Shown one piece after another: positions 45,360 to 62,202 of a stretch of 64,000 nt of DNA. Position 1 is the stretch's first letter, and each line of letters begins with the position of its first letter. The stretch is taken from assembly GCA_907165135.1 (NCBI GenBank), contig OU015566.1:8990001-9054000 (forward strand). Reading direction: 5' to 3'. The notes beneath the pieces are model-generated. The model did no database searches. It saw only the letters and a list, made by a program, of their open reading frames with translations, and was not told the origin of the DNA. The stretch is from Oikopleura dioica (lineage: Eukaryota > Animalia > Chordata). Made by a program: the position numbers and the translations under genes.

Positions 45360-48300
45360 TCAAGAATGCTCCTCAAAGTTTGCTCGGACTCGGCTCGGTC
45401 GGCTTCTGATGTTTTGTTCTTGTAGTGGAACATGTAGCCGCCAATGTACTCGTGAACGACTAAAAACGTGTTCAAAGCAATTCTCCTTGAAAGAAATTAC
45501 CTTGGAGCTTTCTTCTCTGCTCATACTCCTGCGTTTTTCTGTTTCCAGTTGGGTTTCTTTCGCTTGGAATGAAAAATGCAATGGCATTACTGTCTTCTCC
45601 GTTTTTCTCGGTTTGATTGCCACTGTCGAACAACAGGGTCACATGCTTAGGATCTGCGTACCAGTTGATCTTCCACTCTTTTAGATTTTGAAGCCACCAG
45701 GAGATGATGACTTTGCCCGAGTCGTCTAGCTTCATGATCTTTTCACTAAAAACGCAGTTAAAAAAGAGAGAATATCGTCCACAAATACCTAGAGAGAGCC
45801 AGATAAGTAGCTTTTTTAGAGTCTTTTCTGAAAGTAACATTGAAATACGCCCAGCCAGCATCTTCGATATGCTGCCAAGTGTTGATATAATAGCGTTTTG
45901 CAGTTGTGGAACAGTTCTTCACAGTTTTTGATATCGAATCTTGCTGGGAAAGAATATGCTGGGTGATTGCATCTGGGCCGAGCTTGCGCAGTAGTCTTCT
46001 AGGCACATAATACTTTGGATCGAAGTTTGGATGATCGCGAAGAGTGACTGGTCTTTGAAGGCTACTTGGTGTTTGGATTTTGATCACTTCTTTTAAATTA
46101 TCTAGAGGGGAAAATAGAATAAAGGCATTTCAACGTTAACTTACTAATTTCGAGACTGTAATTAGGCGAGGCCATGGTCTGGCCCTTGCATCCAAGTTTC
46201 AGGGCAGCGAACCATTTGCAGTAATCGTGGTCAGTTTCGAATTTCAGCCAAATCTCGTCGCTAAATCAACGTTAAAAATAACTGTAACATTTACTTTTCA
46301 ACACCATGAACGCCGTCCTTGACATTCTGTTTTCAAGGACATAAAATTTTCTAATAATCTTCTCTTTAGAAGTCTTTCTAGAGGCTATTACATAACAGGG
46401 ATGTTTTGCTGACAGAAATTCTAAGATGCAACTTTGAAACAGTTTACTCAAAGTCATAATGGTGGAGCTCAAGCTAGATGTAGTCAGTAGATTCGAAATT
46501 AAAATGGCGGTGGTATATTTTACATTGAAGATTATCGGCAAAATCATCAACAGGATAGGCTTGAAAGCAATTTTTCATTCGAAAAAGAAACAATCAAGTG
46601 AAAGCCTTTTAAAGATACCGAGATGAAGAAAACGCGCAGCTTTCTTATAGGGCCTCGGTGATGGAATGGGTCTACTTCTTTTGGAATGCAATTAACACGC
46701 CTATAAGCACCTTCTCAGAAATATATGTCCACTTATACAGAAAAGTTTACGTGCCCGTCGTCCGAAGATTTGTGCTTCAGGCTTGGTTTATTAATTTTCG
46801 TAACTCTTGCATGGACCACCATTTATACTATTTATATATCTTCAATATCAACCTCAAAAGCACATGCGACCGTTCATCGAAAATCAAGAGCGCTTTTGGC
46901 GAAATCCCGTCATGCTAGAAGTCTATTAAAAAACCTATCTCATCATCTTGCCACCGCCAAAATAAAATGATCTTTTTTACTTTCGATTCAGTATTAACCA
47001 GTCATTAATATTGAGTCTTTCACCAGACACCTAGTTTTTCACCAGGTGAACTTCACCCAGTATAGAGGCATTTACCGTAAGTTCTTATTTAAGTTTTTTA
47101 TACAGGAGGTAGTTTTCGAAAGACTATTAATGGTTAAATTCTAATCAAAATACTAAACATCTTCTTACCTTGTATGCGGCTTGATTTTTACAATAAACTT
47201 CTTCTCTTTGATTGAGACATCAGAAGTCAGCTCGGCTCTAGGAATATCAATCTTGAAAGCTTCCTTCTTTCTGTTAAACGCATCCTCTCGACTTTTGAAA
47301 GCGCAGAGTTCTGTTTTTTTCGTAGCTAATCCAGAATCGCTGTTTGAAGTTTTTCTGAAGAAGACGAGTAGGAAAGGCGATTTTGAGAGTGCCGTCTTGA
47401 AGAGTCGGCGTTTCGTTGTACTCCTGCTTTTGTTTTTGGTGGCTTGATCCTTCGAGATCTTGCTCTAAGGCTAAGAGCATCGCTTTGATCATATCATCTG
47501 ATGTCGATAGTGGCTCATTCTCTAAGCTGCCATGACGCGCAGCTTGCTTCGAATCCGGACCTTTGAATTCATCGATGAAGTATTGAATCGCACCTAGAGT
47601 CAGTGCTTGATCCTCGGACACCGGGGTATCATCAGTGAGGACAGTGTATTTAAGCTGTTCGTACATCTGGTGAATTCTGAACACATCTGACTTTTCACTC
47701 AAGCCAGAGAAACTGTAGTATTTGAATCGCAGCTTCACCAAGGAGTTTTCTTGAATTCCCTGCTCCATCAAGCTTTTCAGCGAGTCCAAGTAACGGCTTG
47801 TTTCTTCCGCTCTCTGGCGTAGATCTTTTGGTGCAGCCTGCACTGTTTCAGTATCAAGCTTCTGGCTTGGTGCAGAAAGTTTCTTGTAGTCTTCATCTGA
47901 AGTATTCTCTAGCACTGTTCCGCTAGAGAGCTTCTCATTCTTGGATCCGTGACGTGCTGGAGCGCGCATAGTACCGTACGTTTCCTGAGTGTTCTTGAGC
48001 TCAATAGTAGGTGATTGAGCACTATCGAGAGCTCCATCGCGTATCTGGAATAGTGAGCATGTGAACAATGATCGATTGGAATCAAGGAAGGCTCACCTGT
48101 TGACCGGTTTTGACGAGAGACATTTCTGTATGGTATCTGATTTCACAGAGGTAGCAAATGTCGCGAACAACGGATAAGACATCGATGCTGAAGTTTGCTT
48201 TGACTTTGAGGGTTTTGCGGTTCGGAAGTTCGACGAACAGGCTTTTGTTTCGCTTTGTGAATTCTAGCTCTGTATCTGCCTGAAAAAGCTTGAAAGCTTA

Positions 48301-48809
48301 TCGAAAAATGGTTAAATACCTGGATGTTGTATTTTTCGAGCATCCAGTGATGCTTGAGAAGCCATTTGCGCTGCGATGGCCACCAAAGCTCATACTCGGT
48401 CCAGTTCTCTTTTGGCTTATCTGCGTCATTTTCTATATTCGTAACAACTTTTTGAATGAGACCTCCTACATGGTTGATTTTCGTTTCTCCGCGAACGCGT
48501 ACGTATTGAGTCTTTTGCTGGCGCTAGAGTTCAAGACTTGTGGAGCTAGCTATTCACATTTTTTGCCTCGGGTAAGTGAGGGAGACTTTGTGGAACGGAT
48601 CTGATAGTTTTTACGTCATTTTTAATAGTAGCGTGTCTACTTCTTAGTTTTCCGCGCGCGCAGCCCTCTTGAACTCTTCCCTTTTCCCCGAGCTGGAGAT
48701 TTTCCCCTTTGAGGGTCACCTTAATCGTCCAACTCGAGTCAGCATCGATGTTGTGACTCTCATCTGTGCCACGCTTTACAGTTGTGATTTGATATTTCGT
48801 TTTACTCAT
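45360..48809 (-). CDS. FERMT: Kindlin/fermitin (FERM F0-F3 with inserted PH domain)
   Basis: ELWWPSQRKWLLKHHWMLEKYNIQ, LRFKYYSF...RIHQMYEQ, EIWLKFETDHDYCKWFAALKLGCKGQTMA, LKEWKINW, VHEYIGGYMF. Confidence 0.92.
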
Positions 48810-49004
48810 TCATTCATAATTTAATATCTCTAAATATGAATTTAAAGACCTTGAATTATAAAAATATTCTCTTTGGTTATCGGTTAGATAGGTATAAAAT
48901 GATAATCTGTGTGTGTTTTTGAATCAGTAGGAAAATATAGATATTGAAGAAGATACATGTTCGTGTCGTGGGTATATGTTTTTGATCATAATTAGCGGGT
49001 ACCG

Positions 49005-52739
<3,735 letters not shown>

Positions 52740-53168
52740 TTCGATTCCGAATTTCTAAGAAAAACCTGTAATCATCATTTTCAAAAGGATTGAAAAGGAA
52801 GTTTTACAATAATTGTAGTTGTATCTCGATTACAATCAATACGTAACAAAAAGTTTGTCAGACAGTTGGCAGTACAGAAAGTTGAGAAATTCTTCATCGT
52901 TCAAAAGTTAGTAAAATTCACTTTTTTTTATAAAGTTGAGAAAATAGCTGATAAATGAGATATCCGTTATTCATATGATATTATAAATAGATGAGGATAA
53001 AAAGGAAATTTTTGTCCAACCTGGACCTAAAAAATCAGCAGAAAGAAAAATTACAAATCATCAAATGAAATATAGCAGCTTTTGTATAAAAAAGATGAAA
53101 TGATGGATTTTCCTTTCTGATGATCAAATCAAAAGATAAATTCTAAGGCAGTAGATCAATTAACTCGT

Positions 53169-56100
53169 TCAATAAGGATTGTATCGCTGGTGGCCTCTGC
53201 CTCGATTATATCCGCCTTCATGTCCTCCTCGGTGGTTGTATCCGCCCGAGTGTCCTCCACGGTGCTGCTGATAGCCTCCTCCTCCGTGGTGCTGTCGATG
53301 GTGGTGGTGACCCCCGCGACCTCTATATCCTCCGCGATCTCCGTATCCTCCTCCTCTCGAGTATGCGTCCTGGGGTCGACCGTATCTATTCTAATCCCGG
53401 ATAGAAACGATAAAAAATAAATAAAGCTCTAGAAAGCAACCAATTTCAACCTCTTCAAAAAAGAAACACAATTTGAAAGACACATTGAAAAGCGTTGTTT
53501 ATCTGTTTTATTCTGAAGCTGAATGACGGCAGTATTCAGTATCCAATACCGAACAAGCCTGTCCTTGAATCGTTACTTTTATCCTTTGCCTGATGTGCAC
53601 TCTGTGGCATCGAGTGGTCGAGCATTCTGTGGCCGGCGTGATCGACGCGAGCGCCTGTTCTGTGGTTGTTTTTGCTCCAATCCTTAATGTTCAATTAGTC
53701 TAAGAGCTTTGAACCTACTACAGTTAGACAACACCTTAAACGATCAAACCAGTTCAAGAACACACAAAACAGTCGCTTTAAAATGGTTTGCAAGTTAATA
53801 ATTGTATTGCGAGGAGTTAATCAGAATCGGAGGAATAAGAATCAGAGTCGGAAGGATAGTAGTAATCAGAAGAATCAGAATCGGATGATTCCGAATAATC
53901 TGATTTTTCTCTGTTTCTCACCTGTGGGGCACGATTACTTCTGTTTCCCTTCTCTTTCAGTCTCGATTCGGGGAACTTTGCGCCTGGAAGAATTTTTGCA
54001 GGGAAGACGAATCCGGGTGGGAATTCGGGAAGATTATAAGTTGCAGAAATAGCGAAATTGTTTTTGATGTCTTCACAGAAGTCGCCGGGGGATTGGAGGA
54101 AGGTATCTTCAGGGTTGCACATGGGGTCGACTGAGAGGATGCCTTGGATTCCGTGGATTTCTTTGGCTTCAATATCTGCTCCTTCTTCCGCTAAAAAACG
54201 ATCGAATAAAACAGTGAAATGAAGTTGAATTCTTACCCATGTGAAATTCCTTCTTGTCAGACTCGTAGATGTCCCTGATCTTTCCATAGATCTTATTCCT
54301 TCTTCCAATGAAAAGTTTATCCTCTCCAACTCCGTTTCTTCTCTTTTCATCTTCTGTCAAATCGGAGTAAACAGTCGCCAAGGTCTTGTGTAGCCGAGCT
54401 TCGTCCAAGAATGGCAAAAGGGCGACTCCCATCCATTCGAATTTCTTCCCGTTGAGATCGACGACGAAATCGGTCGGGTAGAAGTCGATGATTTGGGAGA
54501 AAGGATCAGACATGAGTTTTCGCCAGGAAGGAGGCAAGAACTCGCCAGAAGCAGCTGGGAAGACGCACATAAGCTGTTCAAGAGGCTTTCTGAAGTAAAA
54601 ATAGTTCATAAATCTGGAAAAAATGAATGGGGAAATTACCTTGGCTTTGCATCTCTGTCCCACTTGATACTAATCGATTCCAAGTCGACGAAATCACTAG
54701 CGAAAGGAGCGTAATGGAACGGATAGTACCATCCCCAATCCAAGCAACCCTGGAAGTAGTAAGCGAAGACCCAGCAAAGCCCCTCAGTGTAAGCAGCAAC
54801 AACTTTACGCTTGAAAGAATGATCATCAGAAGAGACGTCGAACTTCGTCCTAAAGTAGCGATCCTTCCATCCATCTTCGAAGAGACGGACTTCGTCTTCG
54901 GCATCTAACGCGGCGTTGTCGTTTTGTCGGGCTTGCATAGCTCGTGCTTTTCTAAAAACAAGTTTAAATTTTAAACTTTAAAATAGTGAAACATAGAAGC
55001 AAGACTTACGCAAGTGCGCTGAGCGTAATTTGCTCCGTATCCTGATCCTCGAGTTTGGCTGCAGTGAGTCTCGCCTCGGCAGCTTCCTGTCGAATCTGAC
55101 GTGCAGTTTTATTCAGATCATGCGCTTTTGCTTGTCGCTGATGTTGATTCACCATTTTTGGCTCCATCACTCCTGATTTCGCGACCGCTAGAATTCCAGC
55201 TCATTTTTCTTTCTTTTCAATTTCGAACTTACGTGTTTCGTGGCCTTGATTTCTATTCAAGCGTTTATTTCTGTCATGATTTCTTCTTCGCTCGTCTCTT
55301 ATTCTTCTTTGGCACTCTTCTTGCCGTCGCTTCTTGAAAATCGCGTCTTCCATTCGACCGATACTTCTCATGACGAATTCTACCGCCTTGAGGTTAACTG
55401 TACCGTCCCTCGTCATGTAGGACTTCATTTCGCAAACAGTTCCTAGAATTTAAATAAGAAAAGGTTTTGAAAAACATGACTTACGTTTGTAGATTCCAAC
55501 GAGCTTGTCGATCGCACCCTCTCTGATCTCCAACGAGGGCAAGTGAGGCAAGAAATCGTTACCAACGAAGAAACACAATAGAATCCAATCATCTATTATA
55601 TTTTCCAAGTCCCAAGGAATCGGAATATTTGGAATTTGAAGCTCTTGGGCAATCCACTCGCGAACTAGAGCCTGTTTAGCTTTTGAAAGGGGAAAGTGCC
55701 GTACCTGTCGCTATTCTGATGAAAATATAATTTCCCTTGGAGAAAACAGGCGGCTCTTTGTCTTCCGCTCCTTCTGGAAGACCTTGGCAATCGATCAGCT
55801 CGTGGCCACATTGTCCACAGAGCGTACAAGGCTTCGGCTATAAAAGAAGGTTAGTTTCTGATGAATTTGCAGGAACTTACTTTTCCGTAAACAAACTCCT
55901 CTCTAACAATAGTGAAATTGGGCTCGTGCGTGGCCAAACCCAACATGATCAAATCAGCATCGGCACCCCAAATACAGTGGTGTGTATTGGGATCGTGGGT
56001 TGGCGTGTTACGCTGCTTTCGGATGTAGTCGATGATCTTGTGCTCTCCTTCGCCGGGAACAGAGGCGTCGGACAGGATCACATTCAACTCGTGCCAACCG

Positions 56101-56874
56101 GCTTCTTTATTCAGCCTTAAAAGTAGTGTGAAAAAAGAACTGATTCATGCTAGAAGTTTTACCTTTCCGAGATGTAGAATCTGAGCGCTTTGGCGAGACG
56201 GTCCATAAATTCTGTTCCAGGTGTGATACAGTTGGAATCGAATTTCTCCTTCTTTGGATCTGGTGGCGGTAACCTACCACCGTTCCGCTCGATCTCAAGC
56301 TTCTTTTCTGCTTTGAGATCGGCGAGCTGGATGGACTCCTTCGCGGCGCGGAAACGACGCGAACGCTGCTGGTTCATTTTCGCTCTTGGAGCGGGTCTAA
56401 AGAACAGGATCGTTAGCCACTTTTTTTGCAAAAATGACCTTACCCGTCAATCGCCAAATAAAGCAGCTTCCTTGGCCTGACAATGTTCATCATTCTGTCC
56501 AAAGCGTCGAAGATGCATTCGAAGATTTCTTCCTCGTTCCTCGGCGCGGGACGATCTTCAGGATGCGAACACGGGTGAATCACACCATTCATGTCAATGT
56601 ATAAATTGTCGAATTCTACACCGTTCGGATTCGGGCCAGATAAATCGACTAAAAGTATGAATAAGGAAATTTGACGCAAAAAGAGTTGACTTTATAAGGA
56701 AAAAATGATTTGTGAGATAACTTCTACTTTCAAATCCGAATCTTAGGAGAATCTAAAGGAAATCTTACTTGGCACTTGGACTCCATCAATTTCTTTTTGC
56801 GGTTCTTCAACACAGTTGATGACGATCGCGCCGCATCGGCGACTGAGCCATCGAAAAAACGCTGGAACGCCCAT
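53169..56874 (-). CDS. XRN2: 5'-3' exoribonuclease 2 (Rat1)
   Basis: [118 protein letters not shown]; RGG tail ending RYNPY. Confidence 0.97.
53391..53589 (-). other. Probable GC-AG intron before the XRN2 RGG exon
   Basis: CAG|gcaaag...gattag|AAT is the phase-0 join giving the RGG/PY frame; canonical GT donors nearby give a less plausible frame. Confidence 0.6.
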
Positions 56875-57586
56875 TTCGTAAACTTGAACAAAACTAACTG
56901 ACGAAAAACCGTAAAGTCTTCTTCAAAACACCTCGCAATCTAGAAAATCCCTTTCATTTTTGGTACTTTTTTGAAAAAAATAAAGAAATTATCATCTGAA
57001 GAGGAAAAATAACGTGAGTAATGCGCGAATAAGGCCGGAAATGCTGATTTTACAGAATGCCGTAATTAAGAAATTCAGTAAAACCGGGTTGGGAGATTTT
57101 TCGTTAACGGGAAAATAATTTTACATAACAAACGAATAATTATTATTTAAATATCCAACAGGAAGCGGGTTTTTGGCAAAAATAATATAAATTCATCCAG
57201 AATTAATGCTTCTTGAATATACCGTATATTGCCAGAATTTTCAATTACAAAACAAATGATTTCTTCGTAAAATTCTCTTTCCCATTTTTTTCGTAAAGCT
57301 CTGTTTTTTCGTCAATTTTCGTAAAGACTCTTCTTATTTCATTTAAAAAAATTATCAATTTGTTAAAATTCTTCTTCGCTGATAAGTTCTCTTTAGCCGA
57401 AAGTTCTGGATACTCTGGCAAGCTTCTTTCCTGTTGCGTCAAGATCTTTTCGAATCGAAAGGCGCGCGAAGGGTCCAATCAGGCCGCGCGCGAAATTTCC
57501 ATTTTCCTTTTTTTTCTTGCCTTTTTCCTACAAAAGTCGATTTTGTCGAATTTTATCGGTAGCAGGAGAAATAAGAGAAGGCCAAA
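56875..57586. promoter_or_regulatory. Divergent promoter region XRN2 / YTHDC2-like
   Basis: Head-to-head ATGs 713 bp apart. Confidence 0.55.
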
Positions 57587-60500
57587 ATGAGGGGTTACAT
57601 AAATCCGAACTTGGATAGAGAAATGAGGAAAAACTTGGAAAGTAAAATTGAAGATTTCATCGCTTCCGGAAAAGGTAAATTTCTGATAGTCATCATTTTA
57701 TGTTTAAATTGATTTAATTTGAACCATTCAAATAAAAATTTATTCAAATATGATAATTTATATTTACCGATTTTCGACTGGAATTGTGCGTCATTATTTT
57801 CAGCGAGAAATTTCAACAAGGGAAAATTGCATCATTTGGCGACTAAGAGAGCATAATTACGTTAAATTTACAGATGTACATTCAGATTCGTACACATTTC
57901 CGCCTGGAATGTTCAACTACGAGCGTCAATACGTCCATTCCCTGTGCAAAAAACAAGGTCTTTTGTCTGCAAGCCACGGCGCTGGCGAAAAACGACGACT
58001 AACAGTCAGCAGGAGATCAGATGATCAATTCAAAGAAGTTCTGCCGAAGCTGATTCCTGACGATAAGAAGCACATTGTGGATGCTTTGAGAAATTACAAG
58101 GAAAAGGGATGGCAGAATAACAAGAAACCGAAGCTGGAGCCGAAGTTTAGACTCGAGTTTCATTCAAAACCGTCACTGCCCACTGTAAGTTTTGTGCGTT
58201 TTCATCTGTTTGAGAATATTTTTAAGAGCCAATACAACAGGCCAACTCAGAAATTACAAGGAAGGGTTTATTTTTATCACAGAACTTATTTGAAGTGCAG
58301 GGTAGAATTTGTTCAAATTTACAATCGTTGATGTCATCATTTAATAATCTCCATGAAATTTTATAACCTCTGAAAAGCTTTCCGGGCTGCCCTGCCGATC
58401 GCCGAAAAGAAGCCTGAAATCGTCAATTCTATCGTCAACTCAAAAGTGACAATCATCATTGGAGAAACTGGCAGTGGAAAGACTACTCAAGTTCCACAGT
58501 TTATCTTGGAAGACGCAGAGGAAAGACTAAGGCCAACGAGGATTTACTTTTCCCAGCCTCGACGGCTGGCGACGGTAACATGTGCGAACAGAATTGCTGA
58601 AGAGCGAGGCTCAATGCTCGGGAAGGAAATTGGCTATCAGATAAGGATCGGATACTCCTCCATGATTTCTACATCGGAAAAGTTTGACGCTTTCGAAATG
58701 GACTGGTGTGTATCCTTAAAAGGCTTGATAACAGAATCTCGAACGACACCAACATGATCCTGTGTACACATGGCGTGCTACTTCGCACACTCGTAGGGTC
58801 AAAAAAGGAAAATAGGGAAAAGCTCAGGCATGGGATTTAAATCTAAGCCAACGGAAACTCTGATGCTACCGTATATGCAACATCCGGCGCTTTCTATTCC
58901 AATATTAGCACGATGGTCTCGCACGTAATTCTCGATGAGATCCATGAACGGGACAAAAATGCTGACTTTCTTCTTATCGAGCTGCGGGAAATGCTTAAAA
59001 CTGGCGAGCTGAATCGCTTGGTACTGATGTCTGCTACGATTGATGTGGATTTCTTCAAGGCGTATTTTGAAAAAGAAGGAATTCAAGCAGAAGCAGTTTT
59101 TGTTGAGGGAAGAACTGGCCAGATTATTGAAAAGAGCCTGGAAGATGTTTTGGAAGAATTCCCGCTAATCATGAAGAGCGTCGAGAATCACGTGCGAAAA
59201 AGAGCAAGAGAAGTCGAAATCATTGAGCAACTCGAGATGGAAGAAATTGAAGGCGACCCTGAGAGTACAGAAAGCTTTGAAGAAAGCCAAGAGCTTCCCT
59301 TTCCCGTTGATCTGGCAACTAAAGAACGAGTTCCGAATTGCCGCCGAAGATTTGACGCGACTTTATCAAGAATTTCTAGCGCGCTGCATCGAGGAGGAGC
59401 ACCTCGTCTTGAGCATGAGTTTAGAATTTTGGACAGGATGATTTGTGATCCTAAAAATGTTGAAACTAAGCAGTCTGAAGATCTGAAGCGTGCAAAAACT
59501 CCAAGAGGAGAAAATTTAGGACAGGGTCATTTTATTTAGGCTTTTATTTTAGAGGAAAATATTGTTATAGTAATAATTCCTTACTACTTCCAACAAAAAA
59601 GTTTCATTTATAAAATAGGTGGTGATTCTTCTATCGAAAGGGTTAAATAAGAGTCTGAGATAGACTCATTCTTCCGAATGACCTATTTCCATCGCCATAA
59701 TGACCCATATTCAGTGAATCTCGCAGCTCGAGCAGGTGCGTTAAAATATCTCGTCAAGTTCACAAATGAAAGCGACGATTTCTCCCTTCTTCGGGAAAAA
59801 GACAAGTCCGGACGCGATGCTGTCACTTGGGTAGAAGAACTTGTCGAAAAGGACCACGACAAGTTTGAAGAAATCATGGACTTTTTGTACGACCATGATC
59901 CCGGATTTGAATCTGATGATGATGAAGCGGATGATCCAAGGAAGGAGATCTGTAAAATCGCTGAAGGAAAGGATTGAAAAATGATTGCTTCTGAAATTTA
60001 TTAAGCAACTATAGTCATCCTTAGAAAGGCTACGAGAAACTGTTCTCTCGTACGATCGACAATATCCTTATCAAAATGCTCATTTCTGAATTGTGGCAAA
60101 AGAAAGACTTTTCAAATACTGGTTCAATTCTTGTCTTTCTCCCTGGCTTCAGTGAAATTAAATCCCTCGGGCTGGACCTGATTGAATATTTTCACGAGTG
60201 CAACTTAACTCCCCTTTATGATGATGAAAGTTCCGTTTCTCCTCAAAGTTCCTCCAGAAACCTTTTCTACCTTCACTCACAAATTAACCCAAGAAAACAA
60301 GCTGAAGCATTCAAAGTTGGAAAGAAGAAAATTATTTTGTCGACAAACATTGCAGAAACATCTGTTACAATTCCAGATGTTGACTTCATTGGTGAGATAT
60401 CTAAAAATATTCGAACTCTTTCAAATCGTATTAGTTGATTGCGGAAAACAAAGAATGAAATCATTCGAGCCAGGAAGTTCCGTGTCCATGTGGCTAACAA

Positions 60501-61998
60501 CTCTCATCTCCAAGTCATCGGCCCGGCAACGTGCTGGGCGATGCGGTCGTCTTCCCGGAACTACTGGCACTTGCTTTCATCTGTTTTCGCGAAAAACTTT
60601 CAACGAAATTATGCTGAATGAACAAGCCCCCGAACTTGTCCGTATTCCCATTCCAGAGTTGTGCCTTTCCGCAAAGATGCTCGGCGGTGACATTAAAATC
60701 GAAGAATTCCTCGGCAGAGCTCCTGATCCTCCTGCTCAAAACTATTCATAACGCTGTTGAAGAACTCAAAGCACTTGGAGCGATTGAAGCAAATGAAGAG
60801 CTTACACCTCTTGGGAGGCTGTTAGTCGATATGCCTCTCGAACCACGTCTTGGGAAAGCTGTGCTAGGTAAATATATCTCGCGTTAAAAAATTAGCATTC
60901 AAGACGCGCATCCGCTTATAAATTCGTTTCGTTGATTCGTTCCTAGCATCTGTCCTACTGGGCTGCTCCAGTCCTGTTATTACCATCGTTACATCACTTG
61001 GTTATCGAGACCCCTTCGTAATCTCCGCCAATGGCGACGACAATCACCTAACGAAGAAATTCAAAAGCGCCATGTCGGGTGGTGTTCAGTCTGATCATCA
61101 TCTCATCCTTCAAGCTTTCGGAGCCTGGGATACAGGGCGTAGCGGATCGTGGCCTGTCGGTAAAATCATGTCTATCCCTACATTGCAATACATCCGAGAT
61201 GTGAAAAGACAAATCATTGATCATCTTCACAAATGCAACTTGAAACCAAGTAAGGCTTTTTCATTCCAGCAAGAAGATAGATTCTTTCTAGGGGATCATA
61301 ATTCGAATGATTGGAATTTGATACGCGCCTGCCTGGGGATCGGCTCGTTCCCGAATGTTGGAAGAATGGCCAATCCAAGAGCTTCAGGCCGTCGACAGAA
61401 GATGCAGTTCAATGTGATTTCCGCCCCTGAGAGAAAAATATTCCAAGCAGCAAACTCATCAATGTACGTCGAAAACGGACATGGCGAGTCAGCGAATGAG
61501 TGGGTAATATTCGATGAAATGTACCAGATCGCACGTGGAGCCGTGCCAAATTTAAAGACCGTTACCGCCATTCCTGTCCTCCCAGTAGCACTGTTCGGTG
61601 GAATCGATCGTCCTGTGATCAGAACTGACGAAGATGAGGTGTATCTTCAGTGGAATCAAGTGAATTTGAAATTAGCCTGTCCGGACAAACATATCGCGCT
61701 GAAATTCGCCCATTTACATCGCGATTGGAACGCATTCTTCAATTACGCGCTAGAAACAAGAAACACTCAAGACGACGGACTTGTTCAAGTTATCACGACG
61801 CTCTTGAGTGCTGACGCCCAGGTTCCAATTTCTTTTACTGGTGGAAATCAAGGAGGAAGACATAGAGATGACAGAAACAGTGGGCGCTACTTCCGCGGTG
61901 CGTTCAATCGTGGAGGAGGTCGGGGAAGAGGCCGCGGACGAGGAGGCTTCAGAGGTGGGTACAGACAAAATGCTGCTAATTTTGCGAATTATTCCTGA
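57587..61998 (+). CDS. YTHDC2: YTHDC2/Bgcn-like DEAH helicase (R3H, RecA1, ankyrin insert, RecA2, HA2/OB) without YTH; one apparent frameshift near 60740
   Basis: R3H (ERQYVHSLC...SHGAGEKR); GETGSGKTTQVPQ, QPRRLA, DEIHER, MSAT; ankyrin-like insert; LVFLPG, STNIAETSVTI, QRAGRCGR; HA2 LTPLGRLLVDMPLEPRLGK; RGG tail. Confidence 0.85.
58646..58722 (+). other. GA-AG intron in YTHDC2-like gene
   Basis: ATAAG|gatcgg...aaaag|GCTT restores GYQIR-LDNRIS; no GT alternative gives this frame. Confidence 0.85.
58797..58847 (+). other. GG-AG intron in YTHDC2-like gene
   Basis: GTAG|ggtcaa...ctaag|CC restores LLRTLV-ANGN; the GT one codon upstream gives a stop-containing frame. Confidence 0.7.
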
Positions 61999-62202
61999 AG
62001 ACATTCTTTAATTTCTGTACGAAATACAGCAAACCAAAGTATTGATTCAAACAAAAACCGATCGCGTGTTATAAGATTTGTTATAACAAATAACCTCGCA
62101 AGGTCAAATTCATGGGAATTAATAACTATTTCTACATCTGTTGTAACTAATAGCAGGGCAACTGTTGTAGAATTCTATAAGTCAGCATAAGTCGGAAAAG
62201 AG

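Noticed and set aside
46263-47168. ORFs of 80-92 aa on both strands within the ~900 nt kindlin intron
   Set aside because: AT-rich, overlapping in conflicting frames, with no recognisable motif or splice pattern
59945-60028. Possible third GA-AG intron in YTHDC2 (59972-60024)
   Set aside because: A canonical GT-AG solution (59952-60028) also restores frame; unresolved without cDNA
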